A stretch of 64,000 bases of DNA, taken from an uncultured delta proteobacterium (GTDB lineage: Bacteria; Desulfobacterota; Binatia; UBA9968). Position 1 is the stretch's first letter; the number at the start of each line of letters is the position of its first letter. The stretch spans positions 32,001 to 96,000 of the forward strand of contig CAWFJP010000017.1 of NCBI GenBank assembly GCA_963816145.1, in the 5' to 3' direction. Both the position numbers and the translations under genes were made by a program. Below are positions 48,807 to 59,173 of the stretch, in pieces. Below the pieces are notes generated by a model. It ran no database searches. It saw nothing but the letters and a program-made list of their open reading frames with translations, and had not been told where the DNA came from.

Positions 48807-49518
48807 AAATTTCAGGGGTCGGGTCTAGCATCGTAGCATTCAGGCTACTACGCGTTGAGTCTGGGAACACAGAAATGGAACACAGTGTCAGGCTTTGGTT
48901 ATTTGTTTATGAGTCCCCCGCCGAACAGATGAGTTAAAATTATCTAAGAACCCAAAGCCCGAAACTATTGTCTATTCCACTATCGTCTATTGCACGAACC
49001 GCAGACATTTCGCGCACCCCTTTGGGAGGACGAAGGTCTAGCGCTAGCTCACCGGCTCCGCCACGAAGATCGGAATCACCCGGGTCGTTCGAGTCTGATA
49101 CTCCGAATACGGCGGATAGGCCGCCACGGCGGCTTTCCACAGGCGTTCTCGCTCCGCCGTGTCGGTGACCTCGCGCACCCGCATCTTCCGCACCACTGCC
49201 AGATCGCGAAGCTCCACTAGCGGATTGGCACGCAGGTTGTAGACCCAAACCGGATTCTTGGGCGCTCCGCCCGTCGACCCGACCAGCACATAGTTGGTGC
49301 CGTCCTTGACACGCATCAGCGGCGTCTTGCGAATGGCTCCGGTCTTGTTGCCTGTGTGAGTGACGATGATGACCGGCAATCCGGTATCGCGCAGCGTGTT
49401 GCCTTCGGCGCCGCCCGTACGCTCGTAGAGTTCGACCTGCTCGCGCACCCAATCTCTCGGGCTCGGGATGTATTCAGCCATGGGCTAATCTCCTCGACAT
49501 GGTTACTCGGCTCCGGGG
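48807..49518 (+). repeat. Direct repeat copy 1 (~710 bp) containing the REP-like element and a DDN gene
   Basis: Near-identical to 50605-51316 (offset 1798) with scattered substitutions. Confidence 0.95.
49044..49481 (-). CDS. Deazaflavin (F420)-dependent nitroreductase family protein, copy 1
   Basis: G.KTG..RKTPLM, S.GGAPKNP.W.YNL.ANP, Y..YQ..T.R.IP.F. Confidence 0.92.
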   Translation of the reverse strand: MAEYIPSPRDWVREQVELYERTGGAEGNTLRDTGLPVIIVTHTGNKTGAIRKTPLMRVKDGTNYVLVGSTGGAPKNPVWVYNLRANPLVELRDLAVVRKMRVREVTDTAERERLWKAAVAAYPPYSEYQTRTTRVIPIFVAEPVS

Positions 49519-49560
49519 ATACTTGGGCACAGTCGCGGGTGTCAGGCTTTGATTCTTTGC

Positions 49561-49962
49561 TCAAGTATTGGCTAAAACCGTCAGTAAGTCGGTTTTTGAA
49601 AAATCTTCCCCCTTGAAGAGCAACGGCAGACCGGTGGCCTTGGCTAGCGCGTAAGAAAAACAATCTCCGTAGTTGAGCCCCGCGCTGTTTCTGCCTTTGC
49701 CATAGCGGGAATAGGCTGCTCGCGCGAGCTCGAGATGCTGCGCGGTGAAGTTTTCGATTTGTATACCGGCGTCTTGGATCATCCGGTCGACGATCTGCGC
49801 GGCCCTGGCGCCGTGCCGATTGAGCATCACGATGTGCAATTCGAGCAGACTCGCCGCGGAAATGAGCGGGGCATCCGCCTCAGCGATCGCTTCTGCGTAT
49901 ACCGCCGCATCGGGCTCCCGGTCGAGGATCGCGATGAGCGCAGAAGTATCGACGACGATCAT
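49561..49962 (-). CDS. vapC: VapC PIN toxin
   Basis: MIVVDTSALIAIL..E, YGKG...AGLNYGDCFSYALAK, LLFKGEDFSKTD. Confidence 0.95.
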   Translation of the reverse strand: MIVVDTSALIAILDREPDAAVYAEAIAEADAPLISAASLLELHIVMLNRHGARAAQIVDRMIQDAGIQIENFTAQHLELARAAYSRYGKGRNSAGLNYGDCFSYALAKATGLPLLFKGEDFSKTDLLTVLANT

Positions 49963-50210
49963 CGCGGCAAACCGCTGTCGTCGTAAAGCATCTCTTCGGC
50001 CGATCGTTCATCGATCACAGGCAACCGGCTGCATTGGTCACCCAACTTCAGGAGTTTCGCTGCGAGCGCTTTCCGATTCCGTTGACGCCGCAAGCGTTCC
50101 AGGCGCTCGGTGACCGCGTTGTCCACAGCCTCGGCGATTGTCTCGCCCGTGATGCGCGCCAATTGCTTGGCTCGACGGTGCGTATCGTCGCTCTTTATGT
50201 TCATGCCCAT
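49959..50210 (-). CDS. vapB: VapB (Rv0623-like) antitoxin
   Basis: MNIKS...A.QLA..TGET...AV..A..ERL; LYDD.GLP; ATGA overlap with vapC. Confidence 0.92.
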   Translation of the reverse strand: MGMNIKSDDTHRRAKQLARITGETIAEAVDNAVTERLERLRRQRNRKALAAKLLKLGDQCSRLPVIDERSAEEMLYDDSGLPR

Positions 50211-50604
50211 GCTGAAGATCCCCTAAAGGTATACTTTTGTCGATCTTATACCCCGGCCCGGTTTTGCACAACAGAGCGGCCGAGGTGCTGGGAGCCAGAT
50301 ATGGGTCACAGATCGGGATCAGGGCTATACTTTTGCTATTGATTGCGTGTTCTCTCGTTCCCTTCCCATGACTCGGCTAGCATACTCATCTATGCGGTCG
50401 CAGCGGGCTATGCGCTTTCCAAGGCCAACTCATCGGGCAACCGCTTGCTCGACGGCGGTATCCTTAAAGAAGCCCGGGTTGTTGCCTACCGATCTCTGCG
50501 CGACACACGGCGCGCTATACGGTTCCGGTGTCCCCGCTGTTCGGTGGCGACTTTAGAGATGATTTTGCCGTCGAGGGTCGGAAAGCCATAGAAAACTAAT
50601 TGGT

Positions 50605-51316
50605 AAATTTCAGGGGTCGGGTCTAGCATCGTAGCATTCAGGCTACTACGCGTTGAGTGTGGGAACACAGAAATGGAACACAGTGTCAGGCTTTGGTTAT
50701 TTGTTTATGAGTCCCCCGCCGAACAGGTGAGGTAAAATTATCTAAGAACCCAAAGCCCGAAACTATTGTCTATTCCACTATCGTCTATTGCACGAACCGC
50801 AGACATTTCGCGCACCCCTTTGGGAGGACGAAGGTCTAGCGCTAGCTCACCGGCTCCGCCACGAAGATCGGAATCACCCGGGTCGTTCGAGTCTGATACT
50901 CCGAATACGGCGGATAGGCCGCCACGGCAGCTTTCCACAGGCGTTCTCGCTCCGCCGTGTCGCTGACCTCGCGCACCCGCATCTTCCGCACCACTGCCAG
51001 ATCGCGAAGCTCCACTAGCGGATTGGCACGCAGGTTGTAGACCCAAACCGGATTCTTGGGCGCTCCGCCCGTCGACCCGACCAGCACATAGTTGGTGCCG
51101 TCCTTGACACGCATCAGCGGCGTCTTGCGAATGGCTCCGGTCTTGTTGCCTGTGTGAGTAACGATGATGACCGGCAATCCGGTATCGCGCAGCGTGTTGC
51201 CTTCGGCGCCGCCCGTACGCTCGTAGAGTTCGACCTGCTCGCGCACCCAATCTCTCGGGCTCGGAATGTATTCAGCCATTGGCTTGTCTCCTCGACATCG
51301 TTATTCGGCTCCGGGG
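50605..51316 (+). repeat. Direct repeat copy 2 (~710 bp)
   Basis: Matches 48807-49518. Confidence 0.95.
50842..51279 (-). CDS. Deazaflavin-dependent nitroreductase family protein, copy 2
   Basis: Identical to copy 1 except EVTD to EVSD. Confidence 0.92.
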   Translation of the reverse strand: MAEYIPSPRDWVREQVELYERTGGAEGNTLRDTGLPVIIVTHTGNKTGAIRKTPLMRVKDGTNYVLVGSTGGAPKNPVWVYNLRANPLVELRDLAVVRKMRVREVSDTAERERLWKAAVAAYPPYSEYQTRTTRVIPIFVAEPVS

Positions 51317-51706
51317 TTAATTGCGGGGTCAACCAGCACAACTGCTCGGTTTCACCACAGAAGATAGCATAAAAAGCGTCGGTTCAGGGCTTAGACGGGC
51401 TTTTTCGACCCGGAAATCGGCTTGTTAAGATAAAAAACCAATGCCCCGGAAGGAAATCGAGGTCCATACTTTTAATCCTAGACTGTCTTGCTTCTCCTTC
51501 GGATACGGTCTCGATGGGGATATAGCTGACGAACTTGACAGACTCGGTCTCACCGTTATCAGCGGAACCGTCCCGTTAACCGGGTGTGGTGCTCGTGTCC
51601 GGTGTTAGGGTAAGGCATGAGTTATCGACTAATTGTCGAAGCATCATAGTCAGCGTGAGAGCAATGAACTCAAGAACAAATCTTGCTAGTCCGTGCTTTT
51701 GCAATT

Positions 51707-52768
51707 TCAACGAAGCTGGAAAATCTCGTTCCACAGCTTCTCGTACTTGGGATAATTCTTGGTATCGTCCGCCGAAAGCATATAAGTTTTCGCCGGAAGA
51801 ATTTTCTCCACCGGCTCCACCTTCGGGTGGGCGGGTGTCTCGCCTGCCTGAGCGAATACCTTCTGCCCCTCTTCACTGATAAGCCAGCGGGCCCAAAGTA
51901 AACCCGCGTTGGGATTGGGAGCGCCTTTAAGCAAGGTCACGCTGCCGCCGATACGGCCGACGCCTTCAGTCATCATGATCTGTAGCGGCGCGCCTTTTTT
52001 CTGTAGCGGTGGAATATGATGGGCGTAGCAGGTCACACAAACATCCGCCTGTCCGGCTGTCAGCAGTTCGGCAAGTTGCGAGTGGCCCTTGAAAAATTCA
52101 GGTTTGTTGGACGCGATCTTCTTGAATATCTCGATAGCTTTGTCGTCGCTCTGGTACTTGTACTTCGCGAGACCCAACAAAACCGGAAAATCCCTCGGTT
52201 CAGCGCTCAGCCGGTTGGCCCATTTCGCGTCACCGAAGTCTTCAAATGTTCTCGGCTCGTCGCCTTTTTTGACCCGACTCGTATTCCACGCGGCAATGAA
52301 ATATTCGGTGTCGGTGCCCACCCAGTCGGGGCCTTTCAAGGCCGCAGGATAGGCGCCAGCCTCCGGCAAGTTGAGATCGAGCAACAGCCCTTGTTCGCGC
52401 GCCTGAGCCACATAGTTCAGTGTACCGCTCATAACATCGCCGAGGGTTTTACCGCCGCGCGCTTCGGCGATGGCGCGCGCCACGAGCTTGTCGGCCGTGG
52501 CGTTTACATGATTCACCTTGATTCCCGGGAAGCGCTTTTCGAAGGCAGGAAAGACAATTTGTTCGGTATTGGTCGACGCGGCGGCATAGACCACCACGCG
52601 ACCTTCCGCTTTTGCTCTTTGATATAAGGAGTCAAGGGACTCGCCTTTGCCCCCAACCGGCGCACCGGCAGCAGCCGCCAAGCTCATGGGAGCGTGCAGC
52701 GCAGCCCAAAAGATGCTGAGAGCCACAGCGACACAAACTCGCGCGCAGACGCCTATTGGTAATCCCAT
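51707..52768 (-). CDS. ABC extracellular solute-binding protein (Fe3+/AfuA-like)
   Basis: AKAEGRVVVY, FEKRFPGI, KGAPL, APNPNAG.LW..WLISEEGQ. Confidence 0.85.
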   Translation of the reverse strand: MGLPIGVCARVCVAVALSIFWAALHAPMSLAAAAGAPVGGKGESLDSLYQRAKAEGRVVVYAAASTNTEQIVFPAFEKRFPGIKVNHVNATADKLVARAIAEARGGKTLGDVMSGTLNYVAQAREQGLLLDLNLPEAGAYPAALKGPDWVGTDTEYFIAAWNTSRVKKGDEPRTFEDFGDAKWANRLSAEPRDFPVLLGLAKYKYQSDDKAIEIFKKIASNKPEFFKGHSQLAELLTAGQADVCVTCYAHHIPPLQKKGAPLQIMMTEGVGRIGGSVTLLKGAPNPNAGLLWARWLISEEGQKVFAQAGETPAHPKVEPVEKILPAKTYMLSADDTKNYPKYEKLWNEIFQLR

Positions 52769-53048
52769 CGCTTTCCCCTTTCGCCGAGACCCGGTAAACA
52801 TTCGAACACGTCCCACACAAATAAGCCAACGTTAGAAATGTTCAAGCCGTTCAATCGCTTCTATACCCGCCAGGGTCATACTTTTATAACTTGACTATCT
52901 TATCTCTCGGCGATGGTAGACTTGGCACGGGAAATAGGGTCACCTCAGCCTGACCCTAAGACGTGCTAAGACGCCTTGCTCTCAACCATAAGTGGTCGGC
53001 GAGCGGCAAGCGCGAATATTGAGATCGGCGGGAATTTATCTGATGTTC

Positions 53049-54059
53049 TCACATCCTGATTTTTGTTTGCCGATATTTTAACGGCGTTGCGCCGGTCCAG
53101 CGTTTAAACGCGCGGTTGAAGGCGCTGACTTCTGAATAACCCAATAGAAAGGCGATTTGTGTGAGCGTGTGGTCTCGGTCTTTTAGATAGTTTATGGCAA
53201 ACCGGCGACGGGTATCTCCCATCAGCTTTTTGAAACCCGGTCCGCGTTCCTTCAAGCGTCGCTCTAATGTGCGCTGGCTCAACGCCAATTTCTTGGCAAC
53301 CCGTTTTAGCGTCGGCTCCCCCTCGCGCATCGCTTCGGCAATGGTTTTTCGCACCGCGGCGAGCAGCTTGTCTTCTCTCGGGACATCAGCGAGTACGTGT
53401 TCCAAATATCGCTGCAGAATTCGATAAAGTCGTTTGTCCGCCGCCGGTACGTGCCGATCAAGGAACTCGCGCTCGACAACCAGCGCGTTGGTCGGACAGC
53501 CGAAAAGTACCGGCGCGCGAAATATCCTACTATGTTCCTGAACCTGAGTTGGCGAATGATGCGCGAAATGGACTTCCCGTGGAGTCCAATCGCTTCCGGC
53601 CACCAAGCGAGCCGTATTTAGCATCACCGCCATACTGTATTCGTTATGTTGGCGCGGCGAATCCAATCCCAGGTCGGTGAAGCGATAACGAATATAGACC
53701 CGCTCTCCCGCCACCTCCAATGATGTGGTCACGTCCTGGTTGTGCACTTTGAAATAGCGCGACCCATTTTCGATGCCGGCTAAGATCGTCGGCGAGTTGA
53801 TCACGACGTAGGCCAAAGGACCTATATTCTTAGGATCGAAGCGCTCACCGAAGTGAAGTCCGAAGTCATCATCACCCGTTTGCCGCGCTGTCTCTTCCAG
53901 CAGCCGAGCGAAAGTGGCGCTGGGGACGAATGCCTCCGGATTGTCAAGCACAACGCGATCCAGGCCGACGGCGGCGAGGATCGGATCGGGACTCTTTCCT
54001 GCCGCGGTGACGGTTTCAAGCCAACCGCTCATCGCAGCTACGGAGATCATCGATTCCAT
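53049..54059 (-). CDS. AraC-family regulator (OruR-like ligand domain)
   Basis: FGLHFG, P.EVHFAH, F.APV.FG, S.RTL.RRL, IAFLLGYSEVSAF.RAFKRWTG.TP. Confidence 0.93.
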   Translation of the reverse strand: MESMISVAAMSGWLETVTAAGKSPDPILAAVGLDRVVLDNPEAFVPSATFARLLEETARQTGDDDFGLHFGERFDPKNIGPLAYVVINSPTILAGIENGSRYFKVHNQDVTTSLEVAGERVYIRYRFTDLGLDSPRQHNEYSMAVMLNTARLVAGSDWTPREVHFAHHSPTQVQEHSRIFRAPVLFGCPTNALVVEREFLDRHVPAADKRLYRILQRYLEHVLADVPREDKLLAAVRKTIAEAMREGEPTLKRVAKKLALSQRTLERRLKERGPGFKKLMGDTRRRFAINYLKDRDHTLTQIAFLLGYSEVSAFNRAFKRWTGATPLKYRQTKIRM

Positions 54060-54519
54060 ACTTAACCCGAAGTTGTCTCTGTTTAACGCCGTCGCACAGC
54101 GATTGTCAATTCTTCGGCGCCGATTGCCGAGACCGCGATGGAAGAGACGAATAAACTACCTACAGATTCATCCAATTCGGCAGGCGGTTGGTCGTTGCCG
54201 CGCGCCGAGCTGAACCATATTGCTTGCGCCAAGAAGCGCGCCCCGGTTAAGTCAATGCGGCTTTTTCGCTCACCGCTGCGAGCGACCGCTGCTGTCAATT
54301 TCTTGTCGTCTACTATCAAGACAATTGGTGCGCTCGGACTTATCTTTGATCGAGCACAAGATGGCCCTCTTCGAACCCATGTAAAGTGAAATATCCGGGC
54401 CCAAAACCGATCCAATACGGGCCCGTTTCAGGGCCAATACGGGTCAAATCGAAAGAAGGTGAAAACCTGGCGTAAACTGCCAAAGCTGCACGTTGCCAAA
54501 TAACTTATGACGAGGATTG

Positions 54520-54906
54520 ATGGATTACCAGATTAAAATTCTTAGAGGACTTGATCGGGATAATTATGTGATCATGTTCATACGCGGCTCGATGGATATT
54601 GCCGCATTTCGGCACGTCCTCGACAAACTCGCCGAGGCCACGCAGACTTTTCTCGATTGCAAAATTCTTGTCGATTTTCAGGATTCCAAATGCCAGTTTT
54701 TGCCGTCTGACGTTAGGGAAATCGCGCTTACGTTTGATATTGCCGCGTGGCCGCACAGTAACAAAATTGCCTTGATCTCGTCGCCGGATATGGAACAGTA
54801 TCACCACCTGGGGATTTTAGGCGATTGTCTTTTAGATATGAAAATTGATGTCAGCGTGTTTTACGAAATGCGCGATGCCATTAGCTGGTTGGCCCGAGGC
54901 GGCTGA
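54520..54906 (+). CDS. Hypothetical SpoIIAA/STAS-like protein
   Basis: KILVDF, KIALI, VF.....AISWL pattern; GAGG RBS. Confidence 0.6.
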   Translation: MDYQIKILRGLDRDNYVIMFIRGSMDIAAFRHVLDKLAEATQTFLDCKILVDFQDSKCQFLPSDVREIALTFDIAAWPHSNKIALISSPDMEQYHHLGILGDCLLDMKIDVSVFYEMRDAISWLARGG

Positions 54907-55277
54907 AATTCTAGCAACAAAACGAGCGTCAAATTTTGGAATTGGGGTCGGGGTTGGGGTAATCCTCAGGTCTCAGACCCTCACCCTTCGTATCGGTCTA
55001 ACCATCCCGTGCGGGTCGCCTTTGGGGTCGAGCCTTAGTGTTGACTTATTTTCCGTTGCCTTGGCTACGGCTTTCAGTCGCAAGACGCGCTTGTGGCATA
55101 ATTCAAACTAACTTAACCGTGAGCGGGTTGTATGAGTCGATCTACATGTTTCGGTCCACTGCCTCTTCGCGCCTCATAAACATCGCGTGAATTTCATCGC
55201 CGGTGCGCGGGCTACTAAGCGTAGGTTGGCGGTCGATTGATTGACGATTCTCACCGTCCGGTCACTCAGCAAAAATA

Positions 55278-55409
55278 CCTAGCCGGCTTGATTCCCGGCC
55301 ACTTGGTCAGTTGCGAACGCGAACGCCGTGACGGGCTCGCTAAGACCCCTCGACGGATAGACTCCAACAACTTTCAACTTGCTCTCGCAGCCCGCCCTTT
55401 CGACGAAGG
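55278..55409 (-). pseudogene. Duplicated 3' end (132 bp) of the adenylate cyclase gene at 57923-59173
   Basis: The first ~60 bp are identical to 57922-57982, then diverge out to cgacgaagg (58053). Confidence 0.9.
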
Positions 55410-55868
55410 TTTTTAAAAAGAGCCTTGATCGATCGACCTCCTTAGTCAAGAAAGTGAACAGGTTCAGTGATCAGGGTCATACTTTTATGACTTAATTATC
55501 TTCACGACTGCGGTGGCAGATTTGCCGCAATTGCCGATCGTCCCACTTTGACTCCCATATTTGTTTCATTCTCTCACCACGACGGGCTTAGCGTCATACA
55601 ATCCGTTCACCCTCTTTTCTATGCCGGGTCCATCGATCAATCGGCTCCACCAATCGCTACTAACATGCGACGCGTCGGCCTTTCAATCATAACGTAGTCC
55701 GCTTTTCTCCTTCCACGGAACACGATCGAGAACGACTCCTGTCCATGTTTTCTCTGTCGAATTTGTTTTATAGATGTCTTGCGAGCAAAACTGAGACCTT
55801 CACCCATTGGGATTTCCCGCGGCGCAGTTCCGTCACTGCGGGCCGGTCGGGATGAAATAAAAAATCGA

Positions 55869-56828
55869 GTGGAACCAGGAACGATTTACAATCGCAGCGG
55901 CATTACGTTAATCGTCGCCGGATTTTTAATTGCCACTATTTTAGGTTACTTGGACTCCCGCGAAATCGACTTTCCATTTGCGGCGCGCTTCATCTCGATG
56001 GCCATGATCCTCGGCGGGGCATTTCTCTGTTGGCGCGGCCGCCAGTATCGGGCGCAGGCGAGTGCCGGCAATATTTTCGGCGATGCGAAACCGGACGTCC
56101 TTTATCTAAGAGCGTTCGAAGCCGATAGGTCGGTTTTGAGGTATGTCGCTTGGTCTTTTTTATTGCCGCGTTTAGTTTCCGGGCTCATTACCGAGGAGGA
56201 ACAGCTGCGCGACGTTTTGCGGCCGTTTGGCGATCTGGTCGCCATCGGCAGACCGGGCGAGAAGCTGCCCACACCTGGCGCAGCTCGATTGTATGCGTCG
56301 GACGCCGAGTGGCAGTCAGTCGTCAGCGATCAGATGCGCTCTGCTGCGCTGGTTGTGATTCGCGCCGGCCGAGGCCGGGGTCTGCTGTGGGAGCTCAAGC
56401 AGGCGTTTGCAAACCTCGATCCGACCAAGCTGTTGATCCTGGTTCTGAAAATGAAGCGCAAGGATTACGCCGCGTTTAGAGAAGAGATGAGTAAAATGCT
56501 CGGCGTTAGCTTTCCCGAGTTTCATGGCTTCTCAGGGTTCGGTCGAGTATCCGGCTTCGTCCGCTTCGCCGCCGACTGGACGCCCGAGATGCTGCGCTTA
56601 TACGCGCCCCACTTGAGGCGGACGATTTACAAGCCGTACCAGCCGCTTTTTCACTTCACCTTGAAACCGGTCTTCAAAGACTTCGGCTTGGAGTGGCAGA
56701 CGCCTCCCGTATCGATTTTAAGCGTCATCGTGAAGTTGGTCTATGCGGGATTTGCGCTGCTGCTCTTCCTTGCCGGGCTTATGGTTATGGATAATCTATT
56801 CTCGCTTCATTGGTTTGATGATGTTTAA
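55869..56828 (+). CDS. Hypothetical membrane protein with central alpha/beta domain
   Basis: 2 N-terminal TMs; VLYLRAF..D, AIGRPGE.LP..GAAR.Y...W, GLLWE; C-terminal TM; start uncertain (GTG 55869). Confidence 0.75.
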   Translation: MEPGTIYNRSGITLIVAGFLIATILGYLDSREIDFPFAARFISMAMILGGAFLCWRGRQYRAQASAGNIFGDAKPDVLYLRAFEADRSVLRYVAWSFLLPRLVSGLITEEEQLRDVLRPFGDLVAIGRPGEKLPTPGAARLYASDAEWQSVVSDQMRSAALVVIRAGRGRGLLWELKQAFANLDPTKLLILVLKMKRKDYAAFREEMSKMLGVSFPEFHGFSGFGRVSGFVRFAADWTPEMLRLYAPHLRRTIYKPYQPLFHFTLKPVFKDFGLEWQTPPVSILSVIVKLVYAGFALLLFLAGLMVMDNLFSLHWFDDV

Positions 56829-57099
56829 CCATTTGCCGATGCGAAACGAACACTGAGCCCTAGGCGGGTCCCACATTGCGACATTCGTCCGTGATCGGAT
56901 CGCCACGAACGTAACGAAGCAATTCCACAAGTCCGCCATCCCGATCGCATAGGATCCCCTTGTAGCGTCCGCGGTTAAATGGTCCCGTCACGGCGGATCT
57001 TGTTGCCGCGACGCACGCAAAAAATAACGTTGTAATTCCTGAAAACTTCGGTTACCACGAGTCACCAACAAAAAAAACCCAATCGTAAGGAGAATCGTC

Positions 57100-57852
57100 A
57101 TGCAATCAAGAACCATCGGGGCTGCCGGCGGGGAATCTCAGGATTTAAGTCGGCGCACTTTTCTCAGGCTGACCAGCGGCGCGGCGCTGACCGGAGTTTT
57201 TGGCGTGAACTTGTCCGCAAGCTTGGTCTACGCCGACGCGTTGGGCAAAGAAAAACGCGACAAGATGACGCCGGATGAGATCCTGGCGGCGTTCAAGCGC
57301 GGCAACAAGAATTTCAGCAAAGGCCTCAAGACCTCGCGCAACTATCTCAGCGAACAGAAAGCCACCGCCAAAGGACAGTATCCGTTGGCGGTCGTCCTGA
57401 GCTGCATCGACTCGCGCGCGCCTGCCGAAACGATCATGGATCTCGGCATCGGCGATATCTTCAACGCCCGCGTCGCCGGCAACATCGCCAACGACGACAT
57501 CCTGGGCAGCATGGAATTTTCCTGCAAGCTGGCGGGGGCGAAAGTCGTCCTGGTGATGGGGCACAGCGCTTGCGGTGCGATCAAGGGTGCCATCGATAAC
57601 GCCGAGCTGGGCAACCTGACCGGTCTGCTCGCGAAGATCAAACCGGCGGTGAAAGCGACCCAATTCAAAGGCGAATTATCTGCGAAGAACGCCGCCTACG
57701 TCGACGCCGTGGCGCAAAAAAACGTCGAGTTGACGATCGCCGACATTCGCAAGAGGAGTCCGGTACTGGCAGAGCTTGAGTCCAAAGGCACGATCAAGAT
57801 CGCCGGGGCGATGTACAACCTCGAAACCGCGATGTTGAACTTTCTCGCCTGA
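57100..57852 (+). CDS. Beta-class carbonic anhydrase, Tat-exported
   Basis: SRRTFL, SCIDSR, RVAGN, GHSACGA. Confidence 0.95.
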   Translation: MQSRTIGAAGGESQDLSRRTFLRLTSGAALTGVFGVNLSASLVYADALGKEKRDKMTPDEILAAFKRGNKNFSKGLKTSRNYLSEQKATAKGQYPLAVVLSCIDSRAPAETIMDLGIGDIFNARVAGNIANDDILGSMEFSCKLAGAKVVLVMGHSACGAIKGAIDNAELGNLTGLLAKIKPAVKATQFKGELSAKNAAYVDAVAQKNVELTIADIRKRSPVLAELESKGTIKIAGAMYNLETAMLNFLA

Positions 57853-57922
57853 TGCGAGGCGATCGAGCGCAAACAAGCAGGTGGGCCTTTTTTAACAGCC
57901 TGAAAACATTTGACCGTTCTTC

Positions 57923-59173
57923 CTAGCCGGCTTGATTCCCGGCCACTTGGTCAGTTGCGAACGCGAACGCCGTGACGGGCTCGTTAAGGCCTTTCAACGG
58001 ATAGGATCCGACATCTTCCAGCTTGCTTTCGCAGCCCGCCCTTTCGACGAAGGCCTTGGAAAATAGCACCGATCGTTTGAGCGCCTTGGTCAAGGCTTCG
58101 AGCCGCGACGCGATATTGACCGCCGGCCCGATCACCGTAAAGTCGAGGCGATTGCGCGATCCGATATTGCCATACATGACCTCGCCGACATGCACGCCGA
58201 TGCCGTAGCCCAATGCATCGCGCCCCGCCAAAAGGTTTTGCTCGTTTAACCTTGCTAGTGCCGTTTGCGCTTCGCCGATCGCTCGCAATAGATCGCCGCA
58301 GGCAGTCGGATTGCTCAGAGGAAATATCGCCAGAAGGCCGTCGCCCATGAACTTCAGGATCTCGCCGCCGTTGCGCACAATCGGCTCCGTCATCGCGTCG
58401 AAGTAGCCGTTTAGAATATCGATGACTTCATCCCGCGGCCGAAGGTTTGACAAGGCGGTGAAGTTGCGCAGATCGCAGATAATAATCGCGGCATCGACCG
58501 TCGCGCCGCTGCCGCGGGTGGTGGCGCCGTCAAGGATTTTTTCGCTGGCATGGGGGCCGACATAGGTTTCCAAGAGAGTCCGGGCAAGCTGGTTTTTCAA
58601 GCGAATTTCGCTGACCAGAGCAAGAACGGGGAGAATCTCGGCGAGGACCGCGACGTGATCGTCGTCGAATCCGCCCGCTGCCTCGGTTGCGAAAGTAACC
58701 AGATGGCGCTTGCCCAGTGTATGGTCGAGAGGCCAGGCGATGTAGTCGGTAAGCCCCTCGGCGCGCAGCTCCTCGCACAGCGGATGACTCAAGATTTCCA
58801 CTGCGCCGCTTTGCAGCCGCTGCCTGATCTCATTGGCGCCTTCGATGATCGTCCGCAGCGGGCTCTTCAAGAACTCCGCGGTCGCCTCGACGTGATAGCC
58901 GACGGTTTGTATTTCAGCGGCGTGCATGCCGCTGCGCCAAATGATCCGGGCGCCGAGCCATTGAGGATGATGGGTGCGAAAGTGCAGGCTCGCCCTGGCC
59001 ACCGGCACGCCGGCAACTCTCAGCCGGCGGCACAGTTCGACAAAGATCTTGTCGATAACCGGTTCATCGTGGGTTCCCGACATCAGCCAATCGAGAATCT
59101 GCCCGCCCCGAACCTGCGAAGCGCGAGATTTTTCATCAAGGGAAGCGCTGTGGTTATCCAACGAGAATTCCAT
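57923..59173 (-). CDS. Class III adenylate cyclase with N-terminal GAF-like domain
   Basis: CDLRNFT, LKFMGDG, GNIGS..RLDFTVIGPAVN.ASRLE (K/T adenine pair). Confidence 0.92.
   Translation of the reverse strand: MEFSLDNHSASLDEKSRASQVRGGQILDWLMSGTHDEPVIDKIFVELCRRLRVAGVPVARASLHFRTHHPQWLGARIIWRSGMHAAEIQTVGYHVEATAEFLKSPLRTIIEGANEIRQRLQSGAVEILSHPLCEELRAEGLTDYIAWPLDHTLGKRHLVTFATEAAGGFDDDHVAVLAEILPVLALVSEIRLKNQLARTLLETYVGPHASEKILDGATTRGSGATVDAAIIICDLRNFTALSNLRPRDEVIDILNGYFDAMTEPIVRNGGEILKFMGDGLLAIFPLSNPTACGDLLRAIGEAQTALARLNEQNLLAGRDALGYGIGVHVGEVMYGNIGSRNRLDFTVIGPAVNIASRLEALTKALKRSVLFSKAFVERAGCESKLEDVGSYPLKGLNEPVTAFAFATDQVAGNQAG

Noticed and set aside
50343-50591. Short ORFs containing LCATHGALY (Rieske-like)
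   Set aside because: The first CxH motif is missing and the frames are inconsistent, so chance cannot be excluded.
57923-59173. Second cyclase as another Pycsar
   Set aside because: It has canonical adenine-specifying K/T residues, a GAF-like sensor and no adjacent effector.
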